Source: Chrysomallon squamiferum
Lineage: Eukaryota > Animalia > Mollusca
Direction: 5' to 3'
Assembly (NCBI GenBank): GCA_012295275.1
Contig: CM022674.1
Coordinates: 2,480,001-2,544,000 of the forward strand
DNA length: 64,000 nt
This document shows positions 27,056 to 46,814 of the stretch, one piece after another; the first letter of the stretch is position 1, and every line of letters begins with the position of its first letter. The position numbers and the translations under genes were made by a program. The notes beneath the pieces were generated by a model, which worked only from the letters and a program-made list of their open reading frames with translations, ran no database searches and was not told the origin of the DNA.

Positions 27056-28468
27056 TAGCTCATTGCTCTCATGACTCCAACTGTTACAGGTTAGAATCAG
27101 GACGTTGAGATATTTTATATCAGTTTTATTCCATCGTCTTACTTTGTGTTTAGTGAAAATAATAAGTTGCAAACATACTATATTTTAAATATATCACAAA
27201 ATAAATGTATAAATATAAAATGAATGAATAAATAAATAAATAAATAAATAATAAAAATAATAATAATCATCATTATGATCATCATAATAATTTTTAAAAA
27301 AACATACGTTATATCATTAATAATTTTAAAAAAAACGGTCTAGGAAGCAAGTTAAATGTTTGTTTTCCATAGCCTGTGCTAATAATATCGTTATCTTTAT
27401 TTATCCTATTTGATCAATAAAAAAACGTCTAAACGAGTTACGCACGTCACTTACGCGTGCGTAACTACGACATTTTGAAAAGTTTTATGTGGCAGCGTCA
27501 CGTTTATTGGACGTTTCTGGCTTTGAAGCGAAGTCAAATATAGAGTAGTTAATCGCAGGTGGATATATATAAATACGGCATTGTTACCGTATAAACTTAA
27601 ATAAATGAATCACTACCTGACACCTTGTGACTTTTTTTTAAATGATGTTATACGGTTTTTAATCTTTTCACTGCTACATGCCGTATTTCACATACAGTTT
27701 TATATTAAAGCAAATAGGTTACATTTCTAAAGTATGTTAGGAGTGGTATGGATACTGTAGTGTAGTTATAAGCATTTATATTTAATAGATATATTGGCTT
27801 TACCGTTGCTTTCACTATAATGGAAGAGTGTCATACAGCACAGGTTCCGGATCGCTGTATAAATAAATATATGAATCAAAATGAAGCGAAATTTGAATCT
27901 GTAAAATAATACAGTGTTTGTAATCAACACAATGCAGTGCTATGCAAAAGAATATATGGATATCTTACACTATATCGTACAGAACAGTACCATATACCAC
28001 AGCATACACAGTCATGCCGCGGTTTAACACGAAATAGAACATATTACTACGCACACATCATAAGTTCTCTCAGTAGAAAAAAAAAAAAAAAAAAGAGATG
28101 TACCACTAACAATACCGTCTTCTATTAAAGCATTTACGGTATTTCGTGACATCAGATAATTTCTAGTTGAAAAAAAAACCCGACAGAAGTCTTGTCAGCG
28201 ATATTGTTATGCAAGAAGGAAGATATAAATTATTGAAGAAACGGCAAATCACTGCATCGTGCGTCTGCCATTCAAGCGAAATGTTTGTGTGAACGTTTAT
28301 TGGTCAAGAGCACGCCAGTAGGGACGAAACTATTCCGCTGAAATAGGGGTGTCAGCTTATCGAATGATAAACTGTAAAAAAAAAATAAATAACTATACAG
28401 TTCTTACGTAATCAAGTACTGGTACTAAAATGTTAACTCAGATTGATTGATTTATTTGTTTGTTTGTT

Positions 28469-28522
<54 letters not shown>

Positions 28523-29919
28523 GATACTGACATTGTTATTATTGTTGTCGTCGTTGTTGTTCTTTTTTTTCTTCTTCTTTTTTCTTCTTCTTATTATTAT
28601 GTTTATTTTATTATTATTATTAGTTTTTAAATTATTTATTTATTTATTACTTTGGTGGTGAATCGTCTCAACATATGTGAAAGTTTTTGTATTAGGCATA
28701 TTTAACAGCTCAAAATAAACAAAAAACTAAACAAGGAATTAAAACTGCAGCAAAAGTTAAAACTGCAGTCATTAAAATTTAAACATTTTCCCCCTCTTCA
28801 TTTTCGACTTGTATCACATTTTACATCACTAAACTTTAGACTGATAAAAACACTCTAAATATTAAGATGTGCCTATTTGGATATCGTAATCCATAACAGT
28901 TCGTACAAAATCATACATCTTTAGCATACAGTCGTTTTGTTTTCCAAATTTGTCTAATTTCTTCACTGTGGAATTCAAATTATTAAAGAACATATTAAGT
29001 ATTACATAACTACGGTTTTTATTAATTAATTAATTAATTTATTTATTTATTCATTTACTTACTTACTTACTTACTTATTTTATTTTTCGTTTTTTTTTTC
29101 AGTCGTTAAATGAATATGTCTGTAACATTTTTCTAACAAAAATGTCAAAAGTATGACGTCATCGTACTTTTCGCTGCTAGCTGTAAATCCGGTATCGCGG
29201 CGTTGCCCTTGATTCCACGTGTAGGGTCACAGTTTTCAGCTTCAGGCATATCATGAACGTTTATATTTATTGTATTTCAGTGTTTTCAGATTAATCCAGC
29301 TTTGATGGTATCAAATTGTCATTAATTCTGGATGCAGTTTTACCTGGAGGCGTTAGTACATCTTTACCGTATAACCTGAAAAAAAAAAAATAATAATAAT
29401 AATAAATAAATAAATAAAAAAATAAAAAAAAGGAAAAAAAAGGAGAAAAGTAATAAAATGATATTCATAAATATTCATTTAATTAATTCTGTTTTCATTC
29501 TTCTTTCTTTATTTATTTTTTCTCTCTCTTTTTTTTTGTTTGTTTTCATTTGATGCTTTTATTTGTTGTTTATTTTCTATTACAATATTTTATTAATGTT
29601 CTTGTTTTTCGCCGAAACTTTCTTCTTATTATTTTTCTTTACCTTATTTTTCTCCTTTTTTTTTTTTTTCTCTCTTTCTTCTCCTTCTTCTTCTTCAATT
29701 TCCCTTCTTTGTTTTCTTTATCATCATCATCATCATCATCATCATTATTATAAACATTATCATTCTTTTACATCTTTATTTTTTTGTTTTTATTTAGGTT
29801 GTTTTTCTTCGTCTTCATCGTCCTATTATTATTATGAGTGTTATTGTCATTGTTATTTATGATTTTTATTGTTTGTTTTTGTTGAGTTATCTCCTCCATG
29901 GTCATCCTCATTGTTGTCG

Positions 29920-30001
<82 letters not shown>

Positions 30002-30526
30002 AAAGCAGAATGAAAAGCAAAATCCAGTATAAAAAAAAAACATCAACTGATTACGTATCGTCAAATTTTTTTTTATTTTTTTTTTATTTTTTTTAAATAT
30101 CTATGCTTATTATTTTCACTAATATTGAGCAATTAAGAACAGGATGTGAAAAATATAAAAAAAATTGTGGGTTAATGCAAAACAAATACCTAACGTCAGT
30201 CTTCCTGTAACCAGGATGCCTTTACGACTTAATAATCTGAAAAAAAGAATTTAAAAAAATGAAATGCAAGCAACACGTCTTTTATTTTTAGTTTTGTCAG
30301 TTTTGTGCCCTTAGCAAAAAGTAAGGTAAAGATGCAATAAACAGGCTGTTTGTGACTGCAAAATGAACTGCGTTACTTGTTTGTATTCTGTGATGAAGTT
30401 GACGATGGTGGTGCTGGTGATGTTGATGATGATGTTATTGCTGGTGGTAATGGTTGAAAAAAATAAGGAAACGACCACGATTACTAAGACTACAACAACA
30501 CCTACTAGTACTACCACTGCAACCAT

Positions 30527-30559
<33 letters not shown>

Positions 30560-31370
30560 AAATACTACTATCACTATTATTATTATTATTGATGTTGTTG
30601 TTGTTGTTGTTGTTATCATCATCATCTTCGTCATTACCATCATCATTATCACTTATTGTTAGCTTCATCATCATCATCATCATCAGCACCTTTTTTTCTT
30701 CAAAAAAACTATGCAATCATTAAATTCTACGGTTATCCTAAATAAAAAAAATAAAAAAAAAAAATTAAAAAAAAGAATCATAAATTTGATAATAACAATA
30801 TAAATAAGAAACACGAGAACAAGAACTGATGGATACGGGTTACAGCCAAGTATAAAACAATACCACAGACAGTAATAACAAAATAAAACAGAGACACTGG
30901 CGAAATGGTGTCATGTACGCACTTCATCATACGTCAGTTATCATCGACTCTGTCTTTCGCCAAACCTCCATTAGCTGATCTCTGTTGTTTCTTGTAAGCT
31001 TTAGACACGTTTCAAGAGAGATCAGTTTATAAGATTTTTTCCACTGTTAATGCATTGGTGGAGTTGTTGTATTTGTTTTAATTTAAAAACAAATTTATCT
31101 TCTTTTTTTTGTGATTTTTTTTTTGTCCATTTCTCCATTTCTGTGAATTCTTTTTTTTTTTTTTTATTGTATTAATTATTTGAAGGTTTACATACACACA
31201 TATATATTCGCGTTCATAAATGCATAAATGCACGCGCGCATGCATACATGCATATATATATACAAATATATATTATACGCATACATGCACGAACACACAC
31301 ATCCTTGCTCGTAAGCCTATTATATGTATCCACAAGCACACTTAGATATGCATTTACATTTAGATATATT

Positions 31371-31492
<122 letters not shown>

Positions 31493-31581
31493 AGCAAATA
31501 TTCTGGTTTTTGTATACAGTTTTCACCGGTTTTGACAGATGTTTCACCAAATTTGTAGTTTTTTTTTTACAATGATACATA

Positions 31582-31628
<47 letters not shown>

Positions 31629-32962
31629 GTAAATACATACATACATACACACGCATGCATGTAACCCATCCACATAAACAAACACGCACACGCACATGTA
31701 AATTATCACGCACCATCACAAGCTGCAATGGTTCAAGGGTTGTACGAACTGGCAAACAAAACTCAAGAAAATTTTAAAGGCTTTTTTGTTCGGAGATTTC
31801 CTGAAGAGAGCACACGCTCTCTGCTCTGCAAGCGCCTTTTGAAAAGAACACACCGCACGGAAATTCCCATGACAAAGCCGGATTTCACAAAGACAAATTT
31901 CATCCTTAATACCTACTCAGGTGCGCTTTCATCAGGCGATGCTTTGGTCTCATCAAAAAGAAGAGAGGGCGACTGACTGTCAGATCTTATTAGGCTGTGT
32001 GTGATCTATCTGAAGACGCTAGCTTTGAGAGAGAGAGCGTGTGCCGGTAGTAGCGCTGTTTATAAAAAAAAAAAAAAAAAAAAAAGCGAAAGAACAGGTA
32101 ATAATGGTTTCTTGACCTGATGGTTTTGTGTGGTTTTGTTGAACTTAGGTTGTTTTGTTTCTGTTTTGAAAAAGCGTTGTTTGGTTAGTTCGTGCATTCT
32201 TTTGTTTCTTTCATGAGAAAATATATAATATTTTTTTTTTTTTTTTTTTTTTTATTCTTGCGGTTCTAAATAAAATGAAAATAATTGTAATAATAAATTA
32301 ATAATGATAATAATAATAATAATAATATAACAACAACACAAAAATAACAACATATACAATGACAACAACAACAACAATAATAATATTAGCAAAAACAACA
32401 ACAACGACAATAATAATAATAATAATAACAATAACAAAAATAACAACATATACAATGACAACAACAACAACAACAATATTAGCAAAAACAACAACAACAG
32501 TAATATAATAAGAAGAATGAGAACAACAACGGCAACAACACCAACAAACAAAAAAAAAAAAAAAAAAAAACACAAACGAAAACAGCGTTATAAAACTTTT
32601 CACTTACTCCAGTGCAAGAAAAGTATTTTAACCTTATTTGAAGAGAAATCTTTTCTTTTTAAAAAAAAAAAAAAAAAAAAGAAAACATTTTCACAAAACA
32701 AAATTAATAAACCGCATGTTTCTTATACTGACGGAGTAATATTTATTACGCGCACAATTTATTAACAACAGCTTGCAGATAACAAAGACTGGCAGGCCGC
32801 AGTTTAGAGTCCTGTACTGCTCAAGAAGAATTGGCTTTGAGAATATTTTGTTTTTCTTCTGAAAATGATTTAAGAAATATAATTAAATTAATATAAATTA
32901 TCTTAAAATAAGTAGAAATCAAAAATAAACGAAAAATCCCGTTTACTATTGACTTATGACAA

Positions 32963-33021
<59 letters not shown>

Positions 33022-33854
33022 ACAACAAAATAAATAAATAAACAAACAAACAAATAAATAAATAAATAAATAAACAAAGAAACAAACATATAAATAAATA
33101 AATATATAAACACATAAATAAATAAATAAACAAACAAACAAACAAATAAATAAATAAATAACAGATACATAAAAAAAAAAAAAAAAAAAAGGGATAAGGA
33201 AAAATAAAAAATGAAAGAAAATAACATATACGAAATAAAAATAGCAAATAAATAAAGAAGCAAACAAACGCGATGATAAATTGGAAAGCAACGTTAGACC
33301 CGCTGGTATCGATCCGACGATCTACGACATTCAAATTTCACGTTCGTTATAAATAAATTTGCACATGAAGATTTGTTTCTCGTGCGCTGGCAGCCACAGA
33401 ATAAGAGTTTGACATTATCTCAAGTCGTTCAGGAAATCGGGGCTTTTTATTCAAACTGTTGTCCTTATCTAAAAGCAGCCATTTGGAATGCCCATGGTTC
33501 ATAATGTCATTTCTTCCTTCTTTAAGTGCTGATGTACTATGAAATGTTAAAATATGGATGACTTTATTTTACTTTTTTTTTTTTTTACTTTTTTTTATTA
33601 TTTTCTTTTTATTGTTTATTGTTTATTATTGTTATTATTATTATTTTTATTATTATTATTATTATTATTGTGATTATTATTATTATTGTGATTATTGTTA
33701 TTATTATTGTTATGCTATTTTGTTTTAAATTCATCATTATTTAATGACTGCTTCTTAAATCTGCAGTCATGGGAAAGCAGTAGTGATTGCTGTAACAGTA
33801 GTAGCTGATGTTGTAGTTAATGTAGTAGTAATAGTAACAATAGCAGTAGCAGCA

Positions 33855-33943
<89 letters not shown>

Positions 33944-34645
33944 CAACAACATTGATATGGTAATCAAATAACAACAACAGTAACAACAACAGCTACTACT
34001 ACAATAATAGTAATAAGAATAAGAAGAAGAAGATGAAGAAGAAGAAGAAGAAGAAGAAGAAGAAGAAGAAGAGAAGAGGAAGAAGAGGAAGAAGAGGAAG
34101 AAGAAATCAAATACAAAAGCAATAACAGGAATCATCCGCTCATTCACATTTTGACCTTTTCTTTTTCTTTTTCTTTTTTCTTCTTCTTTTCTATTTTCTA
34201 TTTTTTTTTTTTTTTTTAATCATTTTTCTTTTGGATTTCCTTCACACATCTCAGAATGTTTTATTATTTTTTTTTACATATATTATTTCTCTTTCCTCAT
34301 TTTTCATCACATTTTGCTTTGCCCTCCGTTCATATCTCGACTCATTTTCATCCCGTGAAAAGAAAGCCGTAATCCGATTGGACAAAAAACATAACTCAGA
34401 GGAGCTCTCTTGTACTGAAGATACAAATCTTCGGCAATCGGCTCCGAGGAGCCCAGACGTCTGTAAATAGACCACTTGTCTAAGTCGGACACTCGTCTCA
34501 GTTCATCTGGTTAACATTTCGTGTCTGGGTTAAAAACCTTTTTCTTTCATTACGAAAGGGTATATAAATGAAACCCTTTTGAAAATATACAGTATTTCGT
34601 ATTATTTATTTATTTATTTACTTATTTATTTATTTATTTATTCAT

Positions 34646-34680
<35 letters not shown>

Positions 34681-35398
34681 TTTTATATTCATTTATGTAT
34701 GTTGCAAATATAAAAAAAAAAAAAAATTGATATTCTTGGATTTTGTTATTTTGTTGTTTTGGGTGACCTATGTTCACCAATAACAAAACAAGACGATGGA
34801 ATAAAACGGATATGAAATGTGTCAACGTACCGGGTTTATCCTATCGCAGATGACGTCACTGAGTACCGAGTCAGTGACCTGTTTCGGTGATTGTAACATC
34901 CTAGAAAACCGAAAACTGCCGGACGTGAAAATATAATGTCCTGAAAATTGTTATTGCATAGTATCGTAATTCTTGAAAAAAAACAAAAACAAAAAAAACA
35001 ACAAGAAAAAACCAAATTTGTGTCATGATGATAAATATGAAATAATTATTGGAATAAAAAACACCCTCAAAAAACAAGTAAGTGATTCTGTTACCGCTGG
35101 AAGATGATGACTTTGGAATGTCCCAATTTTTATCACCGAATATACAACTACGTTAATAGCTGGAGATTTATCTCCTGATAACACTCAAGATAAGCTGATA
35201 ATTTCTGATAAAGCAATGATTTGAAACAAAGTCTTTGCAACGGTCACACATTTCGTGTCTGAAGTATGTTACCATCGGAGGACGACGTCATTTTGAAATT
35301 TGGTTCATTTATTTTGTTGTCCTTGCTGCTGCTGCTGTCGTTGTTGTTGTTGTTGCTGCTGCAGTTGTTGTTGCTGTCTTATTGTTATTATCATTAAA

Positions 35399-39865
<4,467 letters not shown>

Positions 39866-40855
39866 ATTTTGACAAAAAGAAAATGACATTATTTCGTTAT
39901 CGTCAAGATTATTTCTCAGATGACATTATCATGTCCAGGTTTTTTTTTCTATTACGAAATAAGTCTAAACATTTCTGATGCTATGCTTCTGCCTCTTTAG
40001 TTCATCTTTTAGCGAGCCCTAGCTTCGATTTCTTTTTATTTAATTAACTAATGGCTTTCGTTAGCGTTCGGGCGTTTTCGCCTCAGCGTAGTGTGTTTTG
40101 ATAACAGTCATCATTCTGACTCTTCGCGCTGTACCAGTCTATCCGAAAGGAGGCTTCGAAAACAAAACGACAGCAATGTTCATTACTGCTGCACTTGAAC
40201 AGCACCTGTAATCTGTGCCACAATTAAGAAGTTCCCATGGCAGTTTGGTCAATGTTTTAAGCTCAAACCTTTTGCATGTTGTATTATAATTGGAAGACAT
40301 TCACCCGAGAATGACCGAAATATTTATTCTGTCAATGATTTTATTCCGTTTCTGTCTTTACGTTTAAGCGTTTTTTTTTTTTTTTTTTTTTTTTTCCCTT
40401 TCTCTCTCTCTTTTTTTTTTTTCTTCTCTTTTTTTTTTCTCTCTCTCTCCATCGCTTTCTTTGTATTTTTGAAATTATCTTATGGTCCTTTGTTAGATGT
40501 TCGTAAACTTACCGTCTTACTATAACCAGTTATAAGTAAGTAACTCGCTCTAGTTCTCGCTTAATTATTTTTATCACCAGCACATACCTAACTCGCGTTT
40601 CACTGATGTGTAATGATTCTTTCTACCAATATGACGTATCTCGCTTCAGAGGATGCGTAATTATTAGTGTTACCAATACGTACGTTACTCTTTTTAGCTA
40701 ATGCGCAAATATTTATGCATCAAAAAAAGTACGTTATTCTTTTTAACTGATGCGCAATCATTTTTGCTACCAATAAATGCGCGAGTCTATGCTGCTGTAT
40801 AATTATCGTTATTACAATGCACACATAACCTGTTTCAACGGTTAAGTAGCCAATC

Positions 40856-41147
40856 TTACGTAACTTACGAATACGCACGTAACTTACGAATACGCACGTA
40901 ACTTACGAATACGCACGTAACTTACGAATACGCATGTAACTTACGAATGCGCACGTAACTTACGAATAGCACGTAGCTTACGAATACGCAGTAACCTACG
41001 ATTACGCATGTAACTTACCAATACGCACGTAACTTACGAATACGCATGTAACTTACGAACACGAACGCAGCTTATCAATACGCACGTAACTAACGAACAC
41101 GAACGTAACTTACCAATGCGCACGTAACTTACCAATACGCACATAAC
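40856..41147. repeat. 19-bp CpG-rich minisatellite (CGTAACTTACGAATACGCA)n, ~15 copies
   Basis: Direct reading; preceded by a decayed, longer-period related repeat at ~40560-40850. Confidence 0.95.
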
Positions 41148-41823
41148 TCACATTTAAGCCAGTCGACATTGCCGCGCGTCTAAATTATTTCGGATAAAAA
41201 AATTCGCGAATATTCACAATGAAACAGAGGACACGAACAGGTTCATTGAAACAGAAATCATCGACGCGGCTAATAATGAAGACTTGACCAGTAAAATAGT
41301 TAGAAGACTCGACAGCAAGCGCGGCCAGGAAATAAGTGCCCCTGTTGATCAAACACTTCAAAACGAAAAGTCACTGATGGATTGTTAGACTGAGAAAGGA
41401 TTTTTCGGAAAATTCTTCACAAATTCGCGAGGCTGATGAAGGAAACTTGTTTCTCTGTGCATTTCCAGTGAGCTGTTTTCAGTCTCTGCTGTTTAACAGT
41501 CCATTAGATGATGTGGGTGTTAATGGTGGGCGTGGGAATCTTGAATACAATTAACCGACAATGACGACGTCGTCGACGATGATGATGATGATGATGATGA
41601 TGGTTTTGGTGATGAGAAAGACGTCTAGACATTGATTGTTATGATTATTGCGTGATTATGATGTTGATGATGATAATGATTATTATTAGTGTTATTGTTG
41701 TTGTCGTTGTTGTCGTCGTCGTGGTGGTGGTGATGTCGAATAAGATAATGATGATGGCGTTGGTGTTAGTGTCGATGGAGGTGTGTGTCATGACGAACAA
41801 GAGAATTATAAAGATGATGATTG

Positions 41824-41918
<95 letters not shown>

Positions 41919-42901
41919 TAAATGAAACTAAGAAACATAAAGAATGAATAGATGAAAGAAAAGAAAATTATATACATAAAAAAAAAAAAATGTATAACCA
42001 GATTAGGCAATGATTAATAAATACATGAATATGTTTATATATTCAGTTTCCCTACCAATAATTAAACGTTCTCAACAGCAACGATACTGTCTTTTTCTCT
42101 TCTTTTTTTCAGTAAATGACGAAGGAAGAAGAAAATAAATTACAGAAACAAATTAATTTGTATGAAAAGCTAGCAGCATCATGGCTAACGCATTACAAAC
42201 GAGATCATTACGCCACGTAACAATTTCGAGCGAGCAGGCACTGGAATCGATTATATCGCACTTACTGTCCCGGATCGAATTAAAGATAATATCGCTTTCA
42301 TCGATTGCCATTTAGCGTATTCTTTATTTATCGCGTTTTTTGTTCTAGCGATACGTTTGAGTTCCAGTAATACATCTGTATATAATGTGTATGTTAATTC
42401 ACCATTTGTTAATGTATCTGAGTCCGCACTGCACTTGCGCACGCATACTCACATCCATATATCAGTTAACACGCGTTATTAACACGTGGATGATTTACAA
42501 GTCTGTTGTCTCTAATAGTTGTCTGTCTCGTATTCCCGGAATTAAGCTTTATCTGTCAGGTAATCTGAAACTGCGTATGGGGAAAGTTTCAAATTATTCT
42601 CATATTAAACTAATTTTGTTTTAATCATACTTAATATCCCCCGACATGTTTCTAGGGAAAATTATGGTCGGCGGTTAAATGTTTGGCAAAAGGTTTCGGA
42701 AATACTGAGAACATTATTGTGATCCTAGATTAAATGTCACAGTTACAACGAGGAAGCATCATACAATGTCTAAAGGTTACCTTTGGTGATATAAAGAAGT
42801 AGTTTAACTGAATTTTGTGCGTTGATGCTTAACTGTATTTTGTGTATGAATTTACCAAGTAAAGCTGGGTTTCTGTTTTGTCATTGTTTTCGTTTACTGG
42901 G

Positions 42902-43050
42902 TTTTTTTAATTTTTAATTTTTTTAATTTTTAATTTTTTTTAATGGATCCTGACCGGAACCAGCACTGATGAGGGTCGAACTCGATACCTTCCAGGTCTT
43001 GATCCGTGAGAGTAAAACGCTCAGCCCGTGAGAGTTAAACTGACAGTCGT
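42902..43050 (-). mobile_element. tRNA-derived SINE-like fragment
   Basis: Minus strand reads TTTAACTCTCACGGGCTGAGCG (degenerate A-box/D-arm-like) ... GAGTTCGACCC (B-box) ... GGATCCAT, followed by an A-rich tail (TAAAAAAATTAAAAATT)n. Confidence 0.5.
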
Positions 43051-43393
43051 GTTACTTCGATAAATCAAACCCTAACGAAAAAGCTTCGAGCCATTTTTTT
43101 TTTTTTACTTTCATTTGCGATAATGTAATTATGTGTTACGTAATCCGGTGTTGCGAGTAATCTCATCCTTCCGGCAACTGGACTGGAAGCGAGATTTCGT
43201 TTCAGTAAGATTGTTGCACGATTAACTCTCGCTGGCATCTCTGCGCGGTCCTGTGAAATCCCGTTATTAGCGGCGTGTTCGTGTTCAGTGCATTTCTGTT
43301 TTACCGCCCGAACACGTAAATGCTTTCTGGTCTTACATCCGTGTTTGTGTTTGTCTGTGTGAGTGAGACATACAGACAGACAGAGAGCAGAGA

Positions 43394-43482
<89 letters not shown>

Positions 43483-43639
43483 AGGAAAAGTATACATGAA
43501 AAAGAGAAGGATAGAAAGAAAGAAGAAAAACAATAGAAAACAGTAGAAAAGAAAGTAAGAACAGATATGTATATATATATATATATATATGTATATATGA
43601 AAGAAAGAAAGGAAAAGAAAGCACCAAACAAAAGATGTA

Positions 43640-43699
<60 letters not shown>

Positions 43700-44494
43700 A
43701 GGAAGAAAGAACAAAACGAAACGAAGAAAGACAGAAAGAAGGAAAACAATAGAAAAAAGTAGAAAAAGAAAAGGACAGAAAAAACATATGTATATAAAAG
43801 AAAGTAACAAGCAAAAAAAAAAAAAAAAAAAAAACGTGTGCGTGTGCGTATATGTATGTGTATGAGTACAGAGCTAAAAAAAATACATATATAAGAAATG
43901 ACTGAACAGCAGTTTATTAATATTAAATGAACAATGAAAACAGACAAAATGAGTTTTGCACCAACTGTCCAGTCTGACAATACTCGTTAGAAAAATGCAA
44001 AGCGAAATCGTTGTAGGGCATCAACAGGCGACTGCTCTCTTTATGTAAAAGTTATTTATTTTCTATACATTTAGAGTGAATATGATAATAAGATTTCTAG
44101 TGTCTGGTAGGGGAATCCGATCAAGTGCAATTTCTTCAGAGCAATTTCGTGCGATGACTGTCATTTATGTCGCTTATTTTAGATGCCGCCGATTAAAGTC
44201 AAGAATGTTGAATTTCTTGGCAAGAAGTGAGAGGTACTGGTTAACACACACATACACACCTGCACTCACACACATACACACACACACATGCACACATGCA
44301 CACACACATGCACATACACAAAAACATATATACATACAAACGACACACAAACGACACACAAACACATACACCACGATACACGCATATACACACACAGAAT
44401 ATATATGGACATAGCTTAGGTTAGTGAGCATAACCAAAACCGAAATAAAGAGATTAATGTAATCCCTTTTTGCTTCTACATCTCTTTTATATAT

Positions 44495-44537
<43 letters not shown>

Positions 44538-44629
44538 TTTGTTTATTTTTATTTATTTAATTGTTTGTTTGTTTGTTTGTTTGTTATTTTATTTGATTAT
44601 TTATTTACTTATTTATTCGATTTAGGTTG

Positions 44630-44698
<69 letters not shown>

Positions 44699-45207
44699 TA
44701 AATTTATTATATTATTTTTTCCCCATTTATTTACTTACTTGCTTTTTTATACCAATAATCATTTCATATTTATCAATCATGACACAAAATTCTTTTTTTT
44801 TTTTTCTTCAAGAATTACGTTGCTGAAATGAAATCAGAATTCTGTCGTTCTAAAATAAACTGAAAGCTAAGCCGCATCGAATTTGCTAAAACAAACTGCT
44901 TAAATGTTTTCTGCGAGTTAAATTATCTCATTACATTAGCTCGGAATCGTTACAGAATTACACGCACAGATAAGAATCCTTGATTATCATCAGACACGTT
45001 CATGTTTGCCCGCTCTGAGGAAGAAGGAAAATTCAATAATGGCTATTCGTAGGCTGGATCTACTATATATAGACAAACAGACACGTAATTAGACTTACTA
45101 ACTATTTATAAAACATTGCGCATCATTAAGTTTATGTTCAGGCGAAATCATTGCTGAGCACGTGTGTACTTACGACTGAATCTTCTACATCAATCAATGC
45201 ACGTATG

Positions 45208-45238
<31 letters not shown>

Positions 45239-45748
45239 TTATGTGTGTATGTATGTGTGTATGTGTGTGTGTATGTGTGGATGTATGTATGTATGTATGT
45301 ATGTATGTGTATGTATGTGTATGTATGTATGTATGTGTGTATGTATGTATGTATGTATGTGTGTTTATGTATGTATGTATGTGTGTATGTGTGTATGTAT
45401 ATGTATGTATGTGTATGTATGTATGTATGTGTGTGTGTGTGTATGTGTATGTACGAATGTTAATGTCGGTATCTAAGCATGTTGGTATGCATGTATATAC
45501 GTATGTGTGTACTTATTAATATATATATATATATATATATGCACGTAACTGTTATATACAAACATATAAATACATTCACAGGCAAACATATTATATACAA
45601 ACGTACGTACATTCACAAAGAGTCATTCATTCATTCATTGAAATATAAACACACACACAGAACTATTCCTATGTGTATTAGTATGTACTTCCCTTCATCT
45701 ATCTGTCTGTTCATCTATCTATGTCTGTGTGTCTTTCTATCTTTTCCA

Positions 45749-45781
<33 letters not shown>

Positions 45782-46711
45782 TGCTGTCTGGCTGACTCTT
45801 GTCCGTCCGGCCATAATTCCTTTTTTTTACGAAAGTAAGAAACGAACGTGGGACACTCACTATTCGCTAAATCGAATTCTCAGAAACTCTGCTACGTTAC
45901 CAGATACATCTGGAGACTTAATACGTTAAGAGGTTAATAGTAATCATTGCGTTCCTCGTTCGTCGTCATCCTTTGAGCAAAACACGCGACAAAGAACGTA
46001 TTTTGAGAAAACATGTCCTTCACGCCAGTTATTAATCTACGAAACTGATTTGATGTGTTTTGCGAGGTTTTTTATGAGAAAATCGATGCAGTGTTTGTTT
46101 TTCGTAGAAATTCACAGACGTCGGGAGACAATGGTTATCGCTTAATCAAATCAAGCTTCCATCTGCTAGTTGCGATTTCGGCGTAAATAAAGGTTAAAAT
46201 AATGTCACAGATGTTGCCGTCGCCGTTGTCGTTCTTGTTTTTCGTATTATGTATTTTTTTTTTCAAGTTGCGAGACGTCGCCATTATCAACGACGTAGTT
46301 ATCGCTTCTGTCATCTGTATGCGTATTGTAAAAACAAATATGTTATCTTGTTGTTGTAAGAAATGATCTATTGATGTTTACTGCTGTTTGTCAAATTACT
46401 GTATTCGTATTACTGCTGTGACGTCAGATTACTGTTGTTACGTCAAATTATGTTCGTTGTTGTTACTGCTGTGACGTCAGATTGTGATTATGGTTGTTAC
46501 CACTAATACTGTTATATAATGATTACTGTTTTTGCTTCTGTTAAATCTGTAATTAATATTATTGGTGATAGTAATGTTCGTTTAAATTATGTTTATTGTT
46601 CTCTTACTGTTAGTATTTTAGAATATGATTATTGTTGTCTTTGATATTTTTAGTATTTTAGAATATGATTATTGTTGTTTTTATTTTTATTTTTATTTTA
46701 TTATTTTATTA

Positions 46712-46782
<71 letters not shown>

Positions 46783-46783
46783 G

Positions 46784-46814
<31 letters not shown>

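Noticed and set aside
31700-32065. Possible minus-strand TATA plus 5' exon, or the 82-aa plus-strand ORF
   Set aside because: The TATA-like word borders a poly-A/T run and there is no supporting downstream coding exon.
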